The notes under the pieces were generated by a model. The model had not been told where the DNA came from, did no database searches, and was given only the letters and a program-made list of their open reading frames with translations. A program made the position numbers and the translations under genes. A stretch of DNA of 64,000 bases, taken from a virus (lineage: Duplodnaviria; Caudoviricetes). Shown in pieces: positions 30,532 through 39,764 of the stretch. The first letter of the stretch is position 1. Every line of letters begins with the position of its first letter. The DNA is taken from positions 64,001 through 128,000 of the IMG/VR virus record IMGVR_UViG_3300033074_000233; one strand, written 5' to 3'.

Positions 30532-31554
30532 GTGATTATGAAACGATTAGTAGTCCTCGCTTTCACGGAAAAGGATTTCCTGATGTGGGATAAAGCAACC
30601 CAACGTCAGTGGATGAAGGATCATCCTGATTCCAAGTTCGGTGAAGCCCTAAAGAAGGCTAAGGGTAAAGGTGCTACTCTCGTTCCAAAGAAGCCTGAGA
30701 AGACTCCAAAACTCAGTCCTGAAGAAAAGAAGGCTGCAGCCGACCGTAAGTTTGCAGAGGACATGAAGTCCAAAGCACCGGAAGATCGCAAGCACTTTGA
30801 AGCGGCTTTGAAGGATAACATCCGTATTCCACCCGCTTGGAACGGTGTTACCTATTTCGGTGCTAGTCCCGAAGACGGTATTATTGCTAAAGGCACAGAC
30901 GAAAAGGGTCGTAGCCAGAGACTGGAACTCGCAGAATACCGTGAGAAAAAGATCGCCGAGAAGCACAAGCGTATTCAGGACGACCTTGAACCTAAGTTTG
31001 ATGACGCTGTAAATAGCCTAAGAGAAAAAGCGGCAAAGGGTTCACCAGAAGCACAGGTCCTGTACGTTATCACACAACTAGGTTTCCGTATTGGTGGCAG
31101 AGGCGACGGTCGAGCCAAGACTAAGGCCTACGGTGCAAGTAACCTAGAAGCACGCCACGTTAAAGTGAAAGGCGATAACGTAGCATTCGATTTCATTGGC
31201 AAAGAGGGTCGTAGGCAGCAACACGCTATCGAAGACCCCGTTATGGCCAAGTTCATTAGGTCCCGCCTGCGTGGTAAGACTAATACGGACAAACTCTTTC
31301 CTACGGACGAGGAAAAGATTCGCAAGGTATGGAAGCCTGTTGGTAGTGAGAAGGTCCATGATATCCGTTCTGTCTTGGCCACACGTATTGCCAAGAAGAT
31401 AGTGGATTCCGCTGACGTACCGAAGACCAAGAAAGAACTGCACACGCTTATGACTACCTGTGCTAAGGCTGCCTCTGAACGTCTTGGCAATAACCCGTCA
31501 GAAGCATTGAACACCTATATTGACGCTCGCGTCTTTCCAGGAGTAGGCGAATGA
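30532..31554 (+). CDS. DNA topoisomerase IB with N-terminal HPxSK module
   Basis: IPPAW, GTDEKGRSQ, GFRIG, YGASNL..RHV, FIGKEG, HDIRS, LGNNP....NTYI (catalytic Tyr). Confidence 0.9.
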   Translation: MIMKRLVVLAFTEKDFLMWDKATQRQWMKDHPDSKFGEALKKAKGKGATLVPKKPEKTPKLSPEEKKAAADRKFAEDMKSKAPEDRKHFEAALKDNIRIPPAWNGVTYFGASPEDGIIAKGTDEKGRSQRLELAEYREKKIAEKHKRIQDDLEPKFDDAVNSLREKAAKGSPEAQVLYVITQLGFRIGGRGDGRAKTKAYGASNLEARHVKVKGDNVAFDFIGKEGRRQQHAIEDPVMAKFIRSRLRGKTNTDKLFPTDEEKIRKVWKPVGSEKVHDIRSVLATRIAKKIVDSADVPKTKKELHTLMTTCAKAASERLGNNPSEALNTYIDARVFPGVGE

Positions 31555-31934
31555 AAGCCCTAGTGACTCAATTCGACCGCGATGCAAAAGAATACGTTGA
31601 GGTTCTGCCTAAGGACGAAGGCAAGGCCATGAACTACGTCCTCAACAAACTCACAGGTAAAAAGGAGACGGCCAAAGTATCCAGGACCTTGATGACAGTC
31701 GCTAAGGCAGAGTCCTTATTCGATGACGAGTACCCGAAAAAGAAAAAGGGTAAAGGTCTGAAAGGCAGCAACACGCCGGAAGAATCACAAGACTTTGTAC
31801 AGGGTCTAGGGATAGATAGCGGTCCTGATGGAGGCAACATACCTTCAGGTGGTGGATACGGTGAAGGTGCAAGCATTAAAAGGCTTGAGGCGAGTATATC
31901 AAAAAGGCTGCGTAAGTCTAAAGGTGGCGTATGA
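31551..31934 (+). CDS. Hypothetical protein
   Basis: ATGA overlap, AGGAG RBS. Confidence 0.6.
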   Translation: MKALVTQFDRDAKEYVEVLPKDEGKAMNYVLNKLTGKKETAKVSRTLMTVAKAESLFDDEYPKKKKGKGLKGSNTPEESQDFVQGLGIDSGPDGGNIPSGGGYGEGASIKRLEASISKRLRKSKGGV

Positions 31935-32236
31935 AAAAGATTGAGACCAAAAAGGTCCGCGTTAAGAAGTCACTGGAAGTAAAGGCTGCGTCAAGGATAA
32001 CCAAGGTATCCAAGACCTTAGCGGCTCCAGCCACAGATAAGCAGCGCAAACTACTCCAACTTCGGAAGAAGAAAGAACAGTTGCGCGAAAAGAAGAATGA
32101 CATGGCCACACGTATGGCTCATGAGTTGCATGGCATTAATGGCGAGATTCTCAAGATTAAGCACGGCAATAAGCCTAAGCCTAAAAAGAGAAAGCCTGCA
32201 AAGGACAAGCCAAAGTCCTATATAGGAGCAAAATAA
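31931..32236 (+). CDS. Lys-rich hypothetical protein
   Basis: MKKIET start; ATGA overlap. Confidence 0.6.
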   Translation: MKKIETKKVRVKKSLEVKAASRITKVSKTLAAPATDKQRKLLQLRKKKEQLREKKNDMATRMAHELHGINGEILKIKHGNKPKPKKRKPAKDKPKSYIGAK

Positions 32237-32237
32237 C

Positions 32238-33206
32238 ATGAAACACATTGAGACCGCTGTCACGAAACGCCTGTCTAGCGCCAAGAAAAAGGAACTAGAA
32301 ACCCTGAACGAACAGCTGGACACGCTGATGGAGGCGTCTCGGCGTGTTACTTCAATGCCGAAGAAAGCCGAGATGAAGGCCCAAATCCAGAGCCTTAAGG
32401 ATCGAATGCGGCACCTGAAAGAGCAGTCTGCCGTAGGTCCAGCTAAGTTTTACCCAAGTCCGAGTAAAAAAATGTCTGATAGGCTAAACGCTCTATTAGG
32501 AGAACTCAAGGAATTAGAGTCGAAGAAATCCCTCCTCAATAAGGCCAGGGCCAAAGCCAAAAGTAAGTCTGACAAGAAGTCTCTATTAGAAGAAAGCGAT
32601 GACCTATACGACAAGATTCTCTTAAAAAAGAACGAAATAAATAAACTGAATAGGAAACTTTCAGGTGAGGAGGTATTTCGGGGTGGACAGCTCCACGTAC
32701 AAATAAAGGAACTGAGGCGTGGTGCTAAGGCTTCCGTACAGACAGCCGGCGCTTGGCCGAAGGATTTCTTCACGGCTCTGTGCAAAGCCTCCAAGACCGC
32801 TGAGGATGATGACGGCTCATTCACTGAAAAGAAAGCCTCAGCATCAACGCGTGGCCACTATGATGGTGCGGCTGTAGATCAGGGTACGTTTGCCACTCGT
32901 TGGCTTCCTATACTCAAGACAAATCGTAACCTGATTAAGCACGATATATCGGTTGAGGTTCTTCACCCAACAAAGCCAGACAAATCGTTTGGTGACATTG
33001 ATCGCCAGACCGAGCACGTACACCTGATTCACGGTTTCTGCCTCAAGGCTTGCAAGCCGTTAAAGATCAAGGTAGCGAAGACCTCAAAGGAATTTCTTGC
33101 ACTAGCAAAGCAACAAAAGCCTGTAATAATTGTCATTCCTCATCCGCACCACGGATTCGAGATTCTAATGTCGCAAGAGGCTGACAAACAAGCATGGACT
33201 AAATAG
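32238..33206 (+). CDS. MKHIE-leader coiled-coil protein
   Basis: MKHIETAVTKRLSSA; AGGAG RBS. Confidence 0.7.
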   Translation: MKHIETAVTKRLSSAKKKELETLNEQLDTLMEASRRVTSMPKKAEMKAQIQSLKDRMRHLKEQSAVGPAKFYPSPSKKMSDRLNALLGELKELESKKSLLNKARAKAKSKSDKKSLLEESDDLYDKILLKKNEINKLNRKLSGEEVFRGGQLHVQIKELRRGAKASVQTAGAWPKDFFTALCKASKTAEDDDGSFTEKKASASTRGHYDGAAVDQGTFATRWLPILKTNRNLIKHDISVEVLHPTKPDKSFGDIDRQTEHVHLIHGFCLKACKPLKIKVAKTSKEFLALAKQQKPVIIVIPHPHHGFEILMSQEADKQAWTK

Positions 33207-33240
33207 AAAGTCCATTGCGAAATCTACTAAGGAGAACGCC

Positions 33241-34026
33241 ATGGTCAGGAAGAAAATTGAGCCCGACATAGAAAGGAGACCAGTATCCTCTGTCAAAGAT
33301 AAACTGATAGAGGCCTTTCTTCTGGTTACCTTTATTGGGCTAATAGTAACTGTGATACTGTTCCTTACGGTGTCTAACGTCCGTGCCTCAGAATTACCTT
33401 TCATTCCAGATAGAGCCAAGCAGTACCTGCCGAGCGTCATTAAGGCTATTGACGTAATGAAGTTCCCTAAGGAATATCACGAATCAATAGCAGGTCAGAT
33501 AGAACAGGAAACCTGCTACAGTCTCAAGCATAAGAAGTGCTGGAATCCCAACACGGAGTTGAAGACCTCACGTGAATATGGCTTCGGTCTTGGTCAGTTA
33601 ACCATTACGTCCAAGTTCAATGGCTTTCAGGAAGTAACCCAGTACAAAGAACTAAAAGAATGGAAGTGGGAAGATCGCTATAATCCTGAATTGCAGATAC
33701 GTGCCATTCTTCTTAAGGACCGTATTGCCTACAACGCAATTAAATGGCCTGTAGTAAACGAGTACGAAAAACTAGCCATGGCCTATGCAGCCTATAATGG
33801 TGGCGTTGGTGGACTGCTTTCGGATCGTAAACTTACCCAGTTGAACAACGGCGACACAAGTAAATGGTTTGGCGGTATCGAGTTGTACAGCAAGAAGTCC
33901 AAGGTACCTCATCCTGAGTATAAGGTATCCTTCTTCGACATTAACCGTTCCTATCCAAAGAACATCCTAACGGTCAGGATGATGAAGTACAAGCCTTGGA
34001 TGGAGAAAATTCGTGAAACACATTGA
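33241..34026 (+). CDS. Endolysin, soluble lytic transglycosylase with N-terminal hydrophobic segment
   Basis: GQIEQET, EYGFGLGQLT, AYNGG. Confidence 0.85.
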   Translation: MVRKKIEPDIERRPVSSVKDKLIEAFLLVTFIGLIVTVILFLTVSNVRASELPFIPDRAKQYLPSVIKAIDVMKFPKEYHESIAGQIEQETCYSLKHKKCWNPNTELKTSREYGFGLGQLTITSKFNGFQEVTQYKELKEWKWEDRYNPELQIRAILLKDRIAYNAIKWPVVNEYEKLAMAYAAYNGGVGGLLSDRKLTQLNNGDTSKWFGGIELYSKKSKVPHPEYKVSFFDINRSYPKNILTVRMMKYKPWMEKIRETH

Positions 34027-34495
34027 GCAGGCGGCCTTATCCAGAATAGCCGCAAAGAAACTCGTAGATCGCCTCAATAATCTGGCTGCAGCCGCACGTA
34101 AAAAGAAAGGTAAGCGTATCCTTTCCTACGGCGACTGTGGCCAGTTTGCGTATGCGCTGTGCAAATATCTCAAGGACCCGAAAGCCAAACTGGGTCTTAT
34201 TTGCAGCATAACGGACGCTGAGGATATTCGGGAACTAGACGACTACGAGCCGTCAGTGTATCACATCTACGTTGAATATGAGGGCATGCTGTTTGATGGC
34301 AACGGCCTCACCGACATGGATGAGATATATGGCTTAATGGAAGGATCAGGTGTCGAGGACGACATTCAGGAATGGGAAGATATTGAAGTAGATGAGAAGG
34401 CCCGTCAACTTATATCTGGTTCAACCAATTGGAAAAACGAATGGACTGTTTACTACAAAATCTTCGAGGCTGCAGAAAAGGTAAAGAAGAAATGA
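34013..34495 (+). CDS. MKHIE-leader protein with papain/transglutaminase-like C-H-D motif
   Basis: MKHIEQAALSRI; GDCGQFAYAL...YHIYVEYEGMLFDGNG. Confidence 0.65.
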   Translation: MKHIEQAALSRIAAKKLVDRLNNLAAAARKKKGKRILSYGDCGQFAYALCKYLKDPKAKLGLICSITDAEDIRELDDYEPSVYHIYVEYEGMLFDGNGLTDMDEIYGLMEGSGVEDDIQEWEDIEVDEKARQLISGSTNWKNEWTVYYKIFEAAEKVKKK

Positions 34496-34737
34496 AGAAC
34501 CTAACTTCTACTAAAATGGTTCACCCTGCAGACCACATGGAAATGCAGCAACTTCTAGGTAAGGTGTTACACGGAGTTGACGCGGAAACGGAAGTATTGC
34601 GCGATATTCTAGTTGCGCTTAGTAGAACACCTCCAAAGGTAGATATTGCAAAATCGCTGATTGACCAGTCCATCAGTTCCCTAACGGGTCTAACGTACAA
34701 GGCTAAAATAGCGAAGAAACAAATCGAATCTCGCTAA
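34492..34737 (+). CDS. Hypothetical protein
   Basis: ATGA overlap. Confidence 0.55.
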   Translation: MKNLTSTKMVHPADHMEMQQLLGKVLHGVDAETEVLRDILVALSRTPPKVDIAKSLIDQSISSLTGLTYKAKIAKKQIESR

Positions 34738-34780
34738 TTTAATCTCGTGCAGGGCCCTGCACATAATCAGGAGAAATACC

Positions 34781-35146
34781 ATGTCGTTCACTGTAAGAAA
34801 CCTCACTGCAAATGCTGTTGCTGTTGGCAAATTGACCATTCCGGGTAACCAGTCTGCAACCGTTGATTTCATCGACGCTGCAATCGTTGCTGGTGTTAGT
34901 GGTGGCTACCTGTCGGTTACTGGTCAAAGTGCCACTTCGCTGGCTGGTACCAACGTCGCACTCGTTGACAGCACCACAGGTGTAGCCTCTGTTACGAACA
35001 CTCTGGTTGACGTTACGGTTGCTCCCACACAGGCTACCATCAACGCTAACTTTGCTACGCTGGCTGCGCTGATTAACCAACTTAGCGTTCAGGTAAACAA
35101 CAGCAATGCTCTTGTTGCTGCACTGAATGCCCGCATCAACGAGTAA
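34781..35146 (+). CDS. Small virion fibre/decoration protein
   Basis: A/T/V/N-rich, NFATLAALIN coiled end; CTAATTT and AGGAG upstream. Confidence 0.6.
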   Translation: MSFTVRNLTANAVAVGKLTIPGNQSATVDFIDAAIVAGVSGGYLSVTGQSATSLAGTNVALVDSTTGVASVTNTLVDVTVAPTQATINANFATLAALINQLSVQVNNSNALVAALNARINE

Positions 35147-35202
35147 TTAACCAGTGACTGGGGATTAAGGATGATCCCTTTTCACCTAACAGGAGAATCA
35201 AA

Positions 35203-36483
35203 ATGTCTAGGTATGTTGTATTCAACAACACGCGCGAAGTATTTATATCCGATAATTTTCGTATTCCTCCGGGTAACTACCTAACCTTTGAGGTTCTACC
35301 TGCTTCTATAGAAAGAACCAATCTTCTTTCGGTGACTCATTTAGTCACCAATCCAATTCTGTCCGCTATACTGGCAGCAGATGGCGTTACTCTAACGATA
35401 ACTTTTCAGCGTCCTATTACTTCTGTGGTCGATGCTGCCAGCGGATTCTCATATTCAGGCGGAACTATAGCCAGCGGAGTTCTGGATACTGGGACCATAG
35501 TGCTTACAGTACCTCTTACTTACGAAAATATTCCAGTAAGCATTGAATACAGTGGCGATACCGGAAGTTTGTATTCGAGCCTCGGTGCAGTAGACAGCAC
35601 AGGCTATTTTGTCATTGACAACCAGTCCGCAGTACCTGCTCCTCCAGTACTGGTATCTGCAATTATTCCTGTTGATGGCGATACCTTAGAGTTAACCTTC
35701 ACAGAGGATCTAACTGGTACCGCTGATCTTGGATTCGTTACCGACGTAGTGAACATAACTGGCGGTTCCATACTTAACAATGTTCTAACCCTAACTATAG
35801 ATACGGTATATCAAGATGATGCTGTTGGGGTCATTTCTTATGACTCCATCGTGGGCGATCTAACCGGCCTTGGTGGCGTAGTAGAATCTTTCTCGGACAT
35901 TGCAATTTCTAACCAATCAACACGCGGTCCTGGCGTGTTCGCGGTATGGAATGTCCTAGACTCCAACGATGGCATAGATGTCTCTGGTGGTGGTCTTACC
36001 GCATCTTTCAATAGAGTAGCCGGATGGGCAGCAATTCGGGCTAATGGCAGTGTAGCACCTACAGAGAAGAAATACTACAACGTCATTACAAGTCATGCAT
36101 CGGGTACCATTGTTGGTATCGGTACAGCCGCGGCCTCTATTGCGTACAACGGATTTGTAGGATCAGACACAGAGGGATTCGGTTGGTTTATAGCGGCTCC
36201 TTCTACTATATACACTGGTGGGGGTGGTTCAGCCTACGGGATTGCGGTAACTCCAGGACAGACGATCGGCGTGGCTATAAATAAAGTCGATGATGAACTT
36301 GAATTTTTCATCGACGGAGTAGGTCAAGGTACTATTGATATTTCAAGTCTTACCGCTGATAACATTTTCCCAATGATTTCACTTGAGGGAACAGGCCGAA
36401 CACTAACGGCCAACTTTGGTGGCTCTGCTTGGGGTACTTATCCTCCGCCCGTTGGCTTTACTGGAGTAACTGAAAATGCCTAA
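35203..36483 (+). CDS. Virion adhesin-like protein: two beta-rich repeats + C-terminal SPRY/B30.2-like domain
   Basis: Repeats PILSAILAADGVTLTITF / PVLVSAIIPVDGDTLELTF; KKYY, VGIGT, GQTIGVAI, LEFFIDG, IFPMISL, ANFG. Confidence 0.7.
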   Translation: MSRYVVFNNTREVFISDNFRIPPGNYLTFEVLPASIERTNLLSVTHLVTNPILSAILAADGVTLTITFQRPITSVVDAASGFSYSGGTIASGVLDTGTIVLTVPLTYENIPVSIEYSGDTGSLYSSLGAVDSTGYFVIDNQSAVPAPPVLVSAIIPVDGDTLELTFTEDLTGTADLGFVTDVVNITGGSILNNVLTLTIDTVYQDDAVGVISYDSIVGDLTGLGGVVESFSDIAISNQSTRGPGVFAVWNVLDSNDGIDVSGGGLTASFNRVAGWAAIRANGSVAPTEKKYYNVITSHASGTIVGIGTAAASIAYNGFVGSDTEGFGWFIAAPSTIYTGGGGSAYGIAVTPGQTIGVAINKVDDELEFFIDGVGQGTIDISSLTADNIFPMISLEGTGRTLTANFGGSAWGTYPPPVGFTGVTENA

Positions 36484-36712
36484 GGTAACCATGAAGTTTA
36501 ATGTTTTAGGTCCCACTGTAACTCAATCCGTAAAGTCAGGTGACGTTGTTACCTATGAACTTACTGAAGGTGTGCTCCTTAAAAAGGCTACCCTCAACGG
36601 AAGTCCGGTAACTGTTAATACGGCCTCGCCTATAACGCACTCAGGTGCAGTATGTAGGTACTGGCTTGAGAGAGTTGCTGAAGGCCCAGGCGAGTCTTGG
36701 TTTTCCGTGTAG
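36476..36712 (+). CDS. Hypothetical protein
   Basis: GGAG RBS; overlap. Confidence 0.55.
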   Translation: MPKVTMKFNVLGPTVTQSVKSGDVVTYELTEGVLLKKATLNGSPVTVNTASPITHSGAVCRYWLERVAEGPGESWFSV

Positions 36713-36732
36713 TTAGACTAAGGACACTAGGT

Positions 36733-37059
36733 ATGAAAGAGTGGGCGATCAAAAATGCTATTCCTATTGCCTGTGTCCTTGTGCTACTACTTGCAGGATA
36801 TTGGGCAATAGGAAAAGTCGATTCCATGCTGGAAACCCGTAACTCCGAATTACGGGGTCAGCTCAAGGCTGATATGGGCGAAGCGCAGGAAGCACTTAAA
36901 ACAGCCGTAGCGGATGCTGAGAAACATATCAAGGAAGCGAAAGCCGCAGAGAACAACGCGAACACTAATGCCGCGAACGGCAAGGGTAAGACTGATGCCG
37001 CAGCGAAAAAGAAACTGGCCGATATGGTCAACGAATGGAACACAGGAGCGACACCATGA
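36733..37059 (+). CDS. i-spanin (Rz-like)
   Basis: N-terminal TM + Ala-rich coiled coil. Confidence 0.6.
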   Translation: MKEWAIKNAIPIACVLVLLLAGYWAIGKVDSMLETRNSELRGQLKADMGEAQEALKTAVADAEKHIKEAKAAENNANTNAANGKGKTDAAAKKKLADMVNEWNTGATP

Positions 37060-37379
37060 AACACATTGAAACGGCAATAGCAAAGCGTTTGGAAAAGGCA
37101 ACCCCAAAGAGGTCACGAGTACAAGTAATACTTACCAACGGCGTGTCCTTTGAGAACGCGGTTGAAAAAGCTTTATCCTCTGTTCTTATTAGTAAGAACT
37201 ACGAAAAGATTATGGGGCATCGGGTCGTTACTTATTACTTGGACAAGACGCTTTCTGAAAAGAAACTAGAAACTCTAGCCTCGAAAATATCCTCCAAGAT
37301 AGGGGCAAACCACAAGAGCCAACATAGTCTTACAGCCGAGACCGCTGATCGTGTAGTTTTCAATTCGGCCTCGTTGTAA
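37056..37379 (+). CDS. MKHIE-leader protein
   Basis: MKHIETAIAKRLEKA; AGGAG RBS. Confidence 0.7.
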   Translation: MKHIETAIAKRLEKATPKRSRVQVILTNGVSFENAVEKALSSVLISKNYEKIMGHRVVTYYLDKTLSEKKLETLASKISSKIGANHKSQHSLTAETADRVVFNSASL

Positions 37380-37412
37380 TTAAACAAGGTCCCAAGTAAG
37401 CAGAGGTTATCC

Positions 37413-37904
37413 ATGAGGTATTTACTGCTAGCCTCACTCGTTCTCCTGACAGGCTGCTCTACGTTCCAGTTTCCTAAGTTAGCCGATCCGAGTTTCGATA
37501 CGTCGGACTTACTTGCCAAGCAGCAGCCGTTAGAAGCGTACACCGTACCTGAGCCTGCTACGTTGTCTTCCTATCCAAAGGTCAAGGTAATAGAGGGCCA
37601 GACGAAAGTGTACGCCTGCTTCGAGGAGGAAGGCTTCCGTGACATTGTACGCATTCGTGGCTACAACGAAACGAACGTGCAGGAGGTGAAAGACCTGCAG
37701 GCTGTAATTGACGCGCGTACAAACGTCGCCAATGACTGGCTCAAAGCAGCCCAAGCCTCCGAGAGAGAGGCGAACGGTTTGAAGCAACTGAAGGCCGTAG
37801 ACGCCTCGGATGCAGCAAGAGAAAAACGCGAACTGACCAAAACATTGTGGCGTGATCGCATCATAGGTGCGGCCGCTATTGTCCTACTGATTCTGGCCCC
37901 GTAA
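37413..37904 (+). CDS. Lipoprotein spanin with hydrophobic C-terminus
   Basis: Lipobox LLTGC; coiled coil; C-terminal IIGAAAIVLLILAP. Confidence 0.7.
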   Translation: MRYLLLASLVLLTGCSTFQFPKLADPSFDTSDLLAKQQPLEAYTVPEPATLSSYPKVKVIEGQTKVYACFEEEGFRDIVRIRGYNETNVQEVKDLQAVIDARTNVANDWLKAAQASEREANGLKQLKAVDASDAAREKRELTKTLWRDRIIGAAAIVLLILAP

Positions 37905-37914
37905 GGAGATAGTC

Positions 37915-38643
37915 ATGTCCAAGGTACTTACCCGCACATCACTCGGTTTTACCCATAACTATGCACTGGACATCGTGAACGCTGTTCCTGAGTATTTCAC
38001 GGGCAACTTCGATGGCGTCGCTTATACGACAGGTATCACGGGTCAAATTGATGGCACGATTCCGACTGCTGTTGTGAACGGAGCCTACTACATTTGCACC
38101 CGCGCAGGCTCTACGCCTTTGGTTAGCCCAGTTGTATTCCAACTCGGCCATATCTACAAGGGCAATGGAGGTGAATGGGTAGATCAAGGTATTGCCGATC
38201 AAACCCGCATGGTTCCTACGCTAGCACTTACTGGCAAAGACATTGCCTTTGAAAGTGGCATCGAATACACCTATACGAAAGAAGCGGGTGACAAGTTCCA
38301 CACGATGCAAAACGTCGTGTATAACTACGGCAAAGGTACTTGGAGAATTTCTGGCTCAAGCACTGCTGCTACGCCGACCTCTTACCAAGAGGCCTCAAGT
38401 TCTCCAATGCGCTACGGCGTAGGCACGTACAACGCACAGGCCACACGCGCTGCCGGCACCATCACACTGTCTTACACGGTTGACAGCGTAGAGCAATTCC
38501 GTCAGGACCCAAGAACAGTTACTTGGAAGGCCCTCACTGCACTTAACGGTGGTGATGTTGCTACTCTTTCTTCGCCTGTTACAGCATTCCGAACCGTATT
38601 TAGTGACACTACTCCCGGTCTTCTCGCAATCGTATTGAACTGA
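37915..38643 (+). CDS. Putative virion structural protein
   Basis: T/G/Y-rich 242 aa; AAGGAG RBS. Confidence 0.65.
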   Translation: MSKVLTRTSLGFTHNYALDIVNAVPEYFTGNFDGVAYTTGITGQIDGTIPTAVVNGAYYICTRAGSTPLVSPVVFQLGHIYKGNGGEWVDQGIADQTRMVPTLALTGKDIAFESGIEYTYTKEAGDKFHTMQNVVYNYGKGTWRISGSSTAATPTSYQEASSSPMRYGVGTYNAQATRAAGTITLSYTVDSVEQFRQDPRTVTWKALTALNGGDVATLSSPVTAFRTVFSDTTPGLLAIVLN

Positions 38644-38651
38644 GGTTGCCA

Positions 38652-39764
38652 ATGAAGCACATTGAGACTGCGGTGCTTGCGAGGCTTGAAGTCGCGTTTG
38701 CACCCGCAAAGAAAGCGGATAAGCCAAAGCCTAAGTATGGCTCAGATAAGTGGTGGAAGTCTCTGAGCAAGAATGAACAGAAGCAGTATCTCAAGGAGCA
38801 CCCGAAGTCAAAGTATAACCCAGCCAATAAGTTGAAGAAATCCAAGAACAAACTGGTTAAGAAGAAAAAGCCTCTTATTCCAGGTGTTGTTCCAGGTAAA
38901 GGCAAGCCACACACTGAGCATCAAATCCGAATGGATGAAAAGCGGAAGATGCGTCAGGCCCAATTACGCAAGGACAAAGAGCGTAAGAAGAAAGAAGCGA
39001 AGAAGAAAGACGAACTCCGCAAGAAGGCTGAGAAACGTGCTCAGGATGAGAAGAAGGCAAAGAAGAAAGAGAAACAGCCTAAGTTGACTGAGGCCCAGAA
39101 GAAGGCTAAACAGGAAGAAGAACGCTTGGCTGAGCAGTACAAGAATACCAAGAAGCCTGAGGACTTTGAGGCCCTTGAGGAACATAAGACAGCCTCACGT
39201 ACTGCCAAGTTTATTGATTGGTATGAGGAAACCGTCAACAAGGCTGTTGACAAGATAAAGCGTGGTACCCTTGAACGCATCGGCAACGTGATTGGCGCTG
39301 ACCTGGAAGACATGCTGGTGGCCAAAGATAGTCATAGGCCTCCCTCCGTTAGGCTGTACGAAGCCCTTAATAAGGCAATCGAGCGTAACGAAGCTGAACT
39401 CGACCAGATCAATGAGAAAATTGCTAAGGCTAAGGATCAACTCAAAATTGCTAAGGGCAAGAAGGATAAGGCAAAGAATCCAGATAGCATAGATGGATGG
39501 AATCAGAAGATTGTAAGCACCAAAGAACTTCTTGGCCGCTTGGGTGTGCAGCGTAAGATATTGATGAAAAAAGTAGAGGAGGGTCACAAGCAGCGCGATC
39601 CACTTAAGGCACGTGCTGATCGTTACCACATCAAGGAAGGTGAGGAAAGAGAGAAGGTTCGTGATCTTAGGTCACTTGGTATAAAGACAGGCCGGGCCAA
39701 GAAGGGTGGGAAAACAAAACCCACCAAGCCTAAGTTGCACAAACTGAAACGCGCTAAACGCTAA
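38652..39764 (+). CDS. MKHIE-leader, HPxSK-module, Lys-rich coiled-coil protein
   Basis: MKHIETAVLARLEVA; WWKSLSKNEQKQYLKEHPKSKY. Confidence 0.75.
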   Translation: MKHIETAVLARLEVAFAPAKKADKPKPKYGSDKWWKSLSKNEQKQYLKEHPKSKYNPANKLKKSKNKLVKKKKPLIPGVVPGKGKPHTEHQIRMDEKRKMRQAQLRKDKERKKKEAKKKDELRKKAEKRAQDEKKAKKKEKQPKLTEAQKKAKQEEERLAEQYKNTKKPEDFEALEEHKTASRTAKFIDWYEETVNKAVDKIKRGTLERIGNVIGADLEDMLVAKDSHRPPSVRLYEALNKAIERNEAELDQINEKIAKAKDQLKIAKGKKDKAKNPDSIDGWNQKIVSTKELLGRLGVQRKILMKKVEEGHKQRDPLKARADRYHIKEGEEREKVRDLRSLGIKTGRAKKGGKTKPTKPKLHKLKRAKR

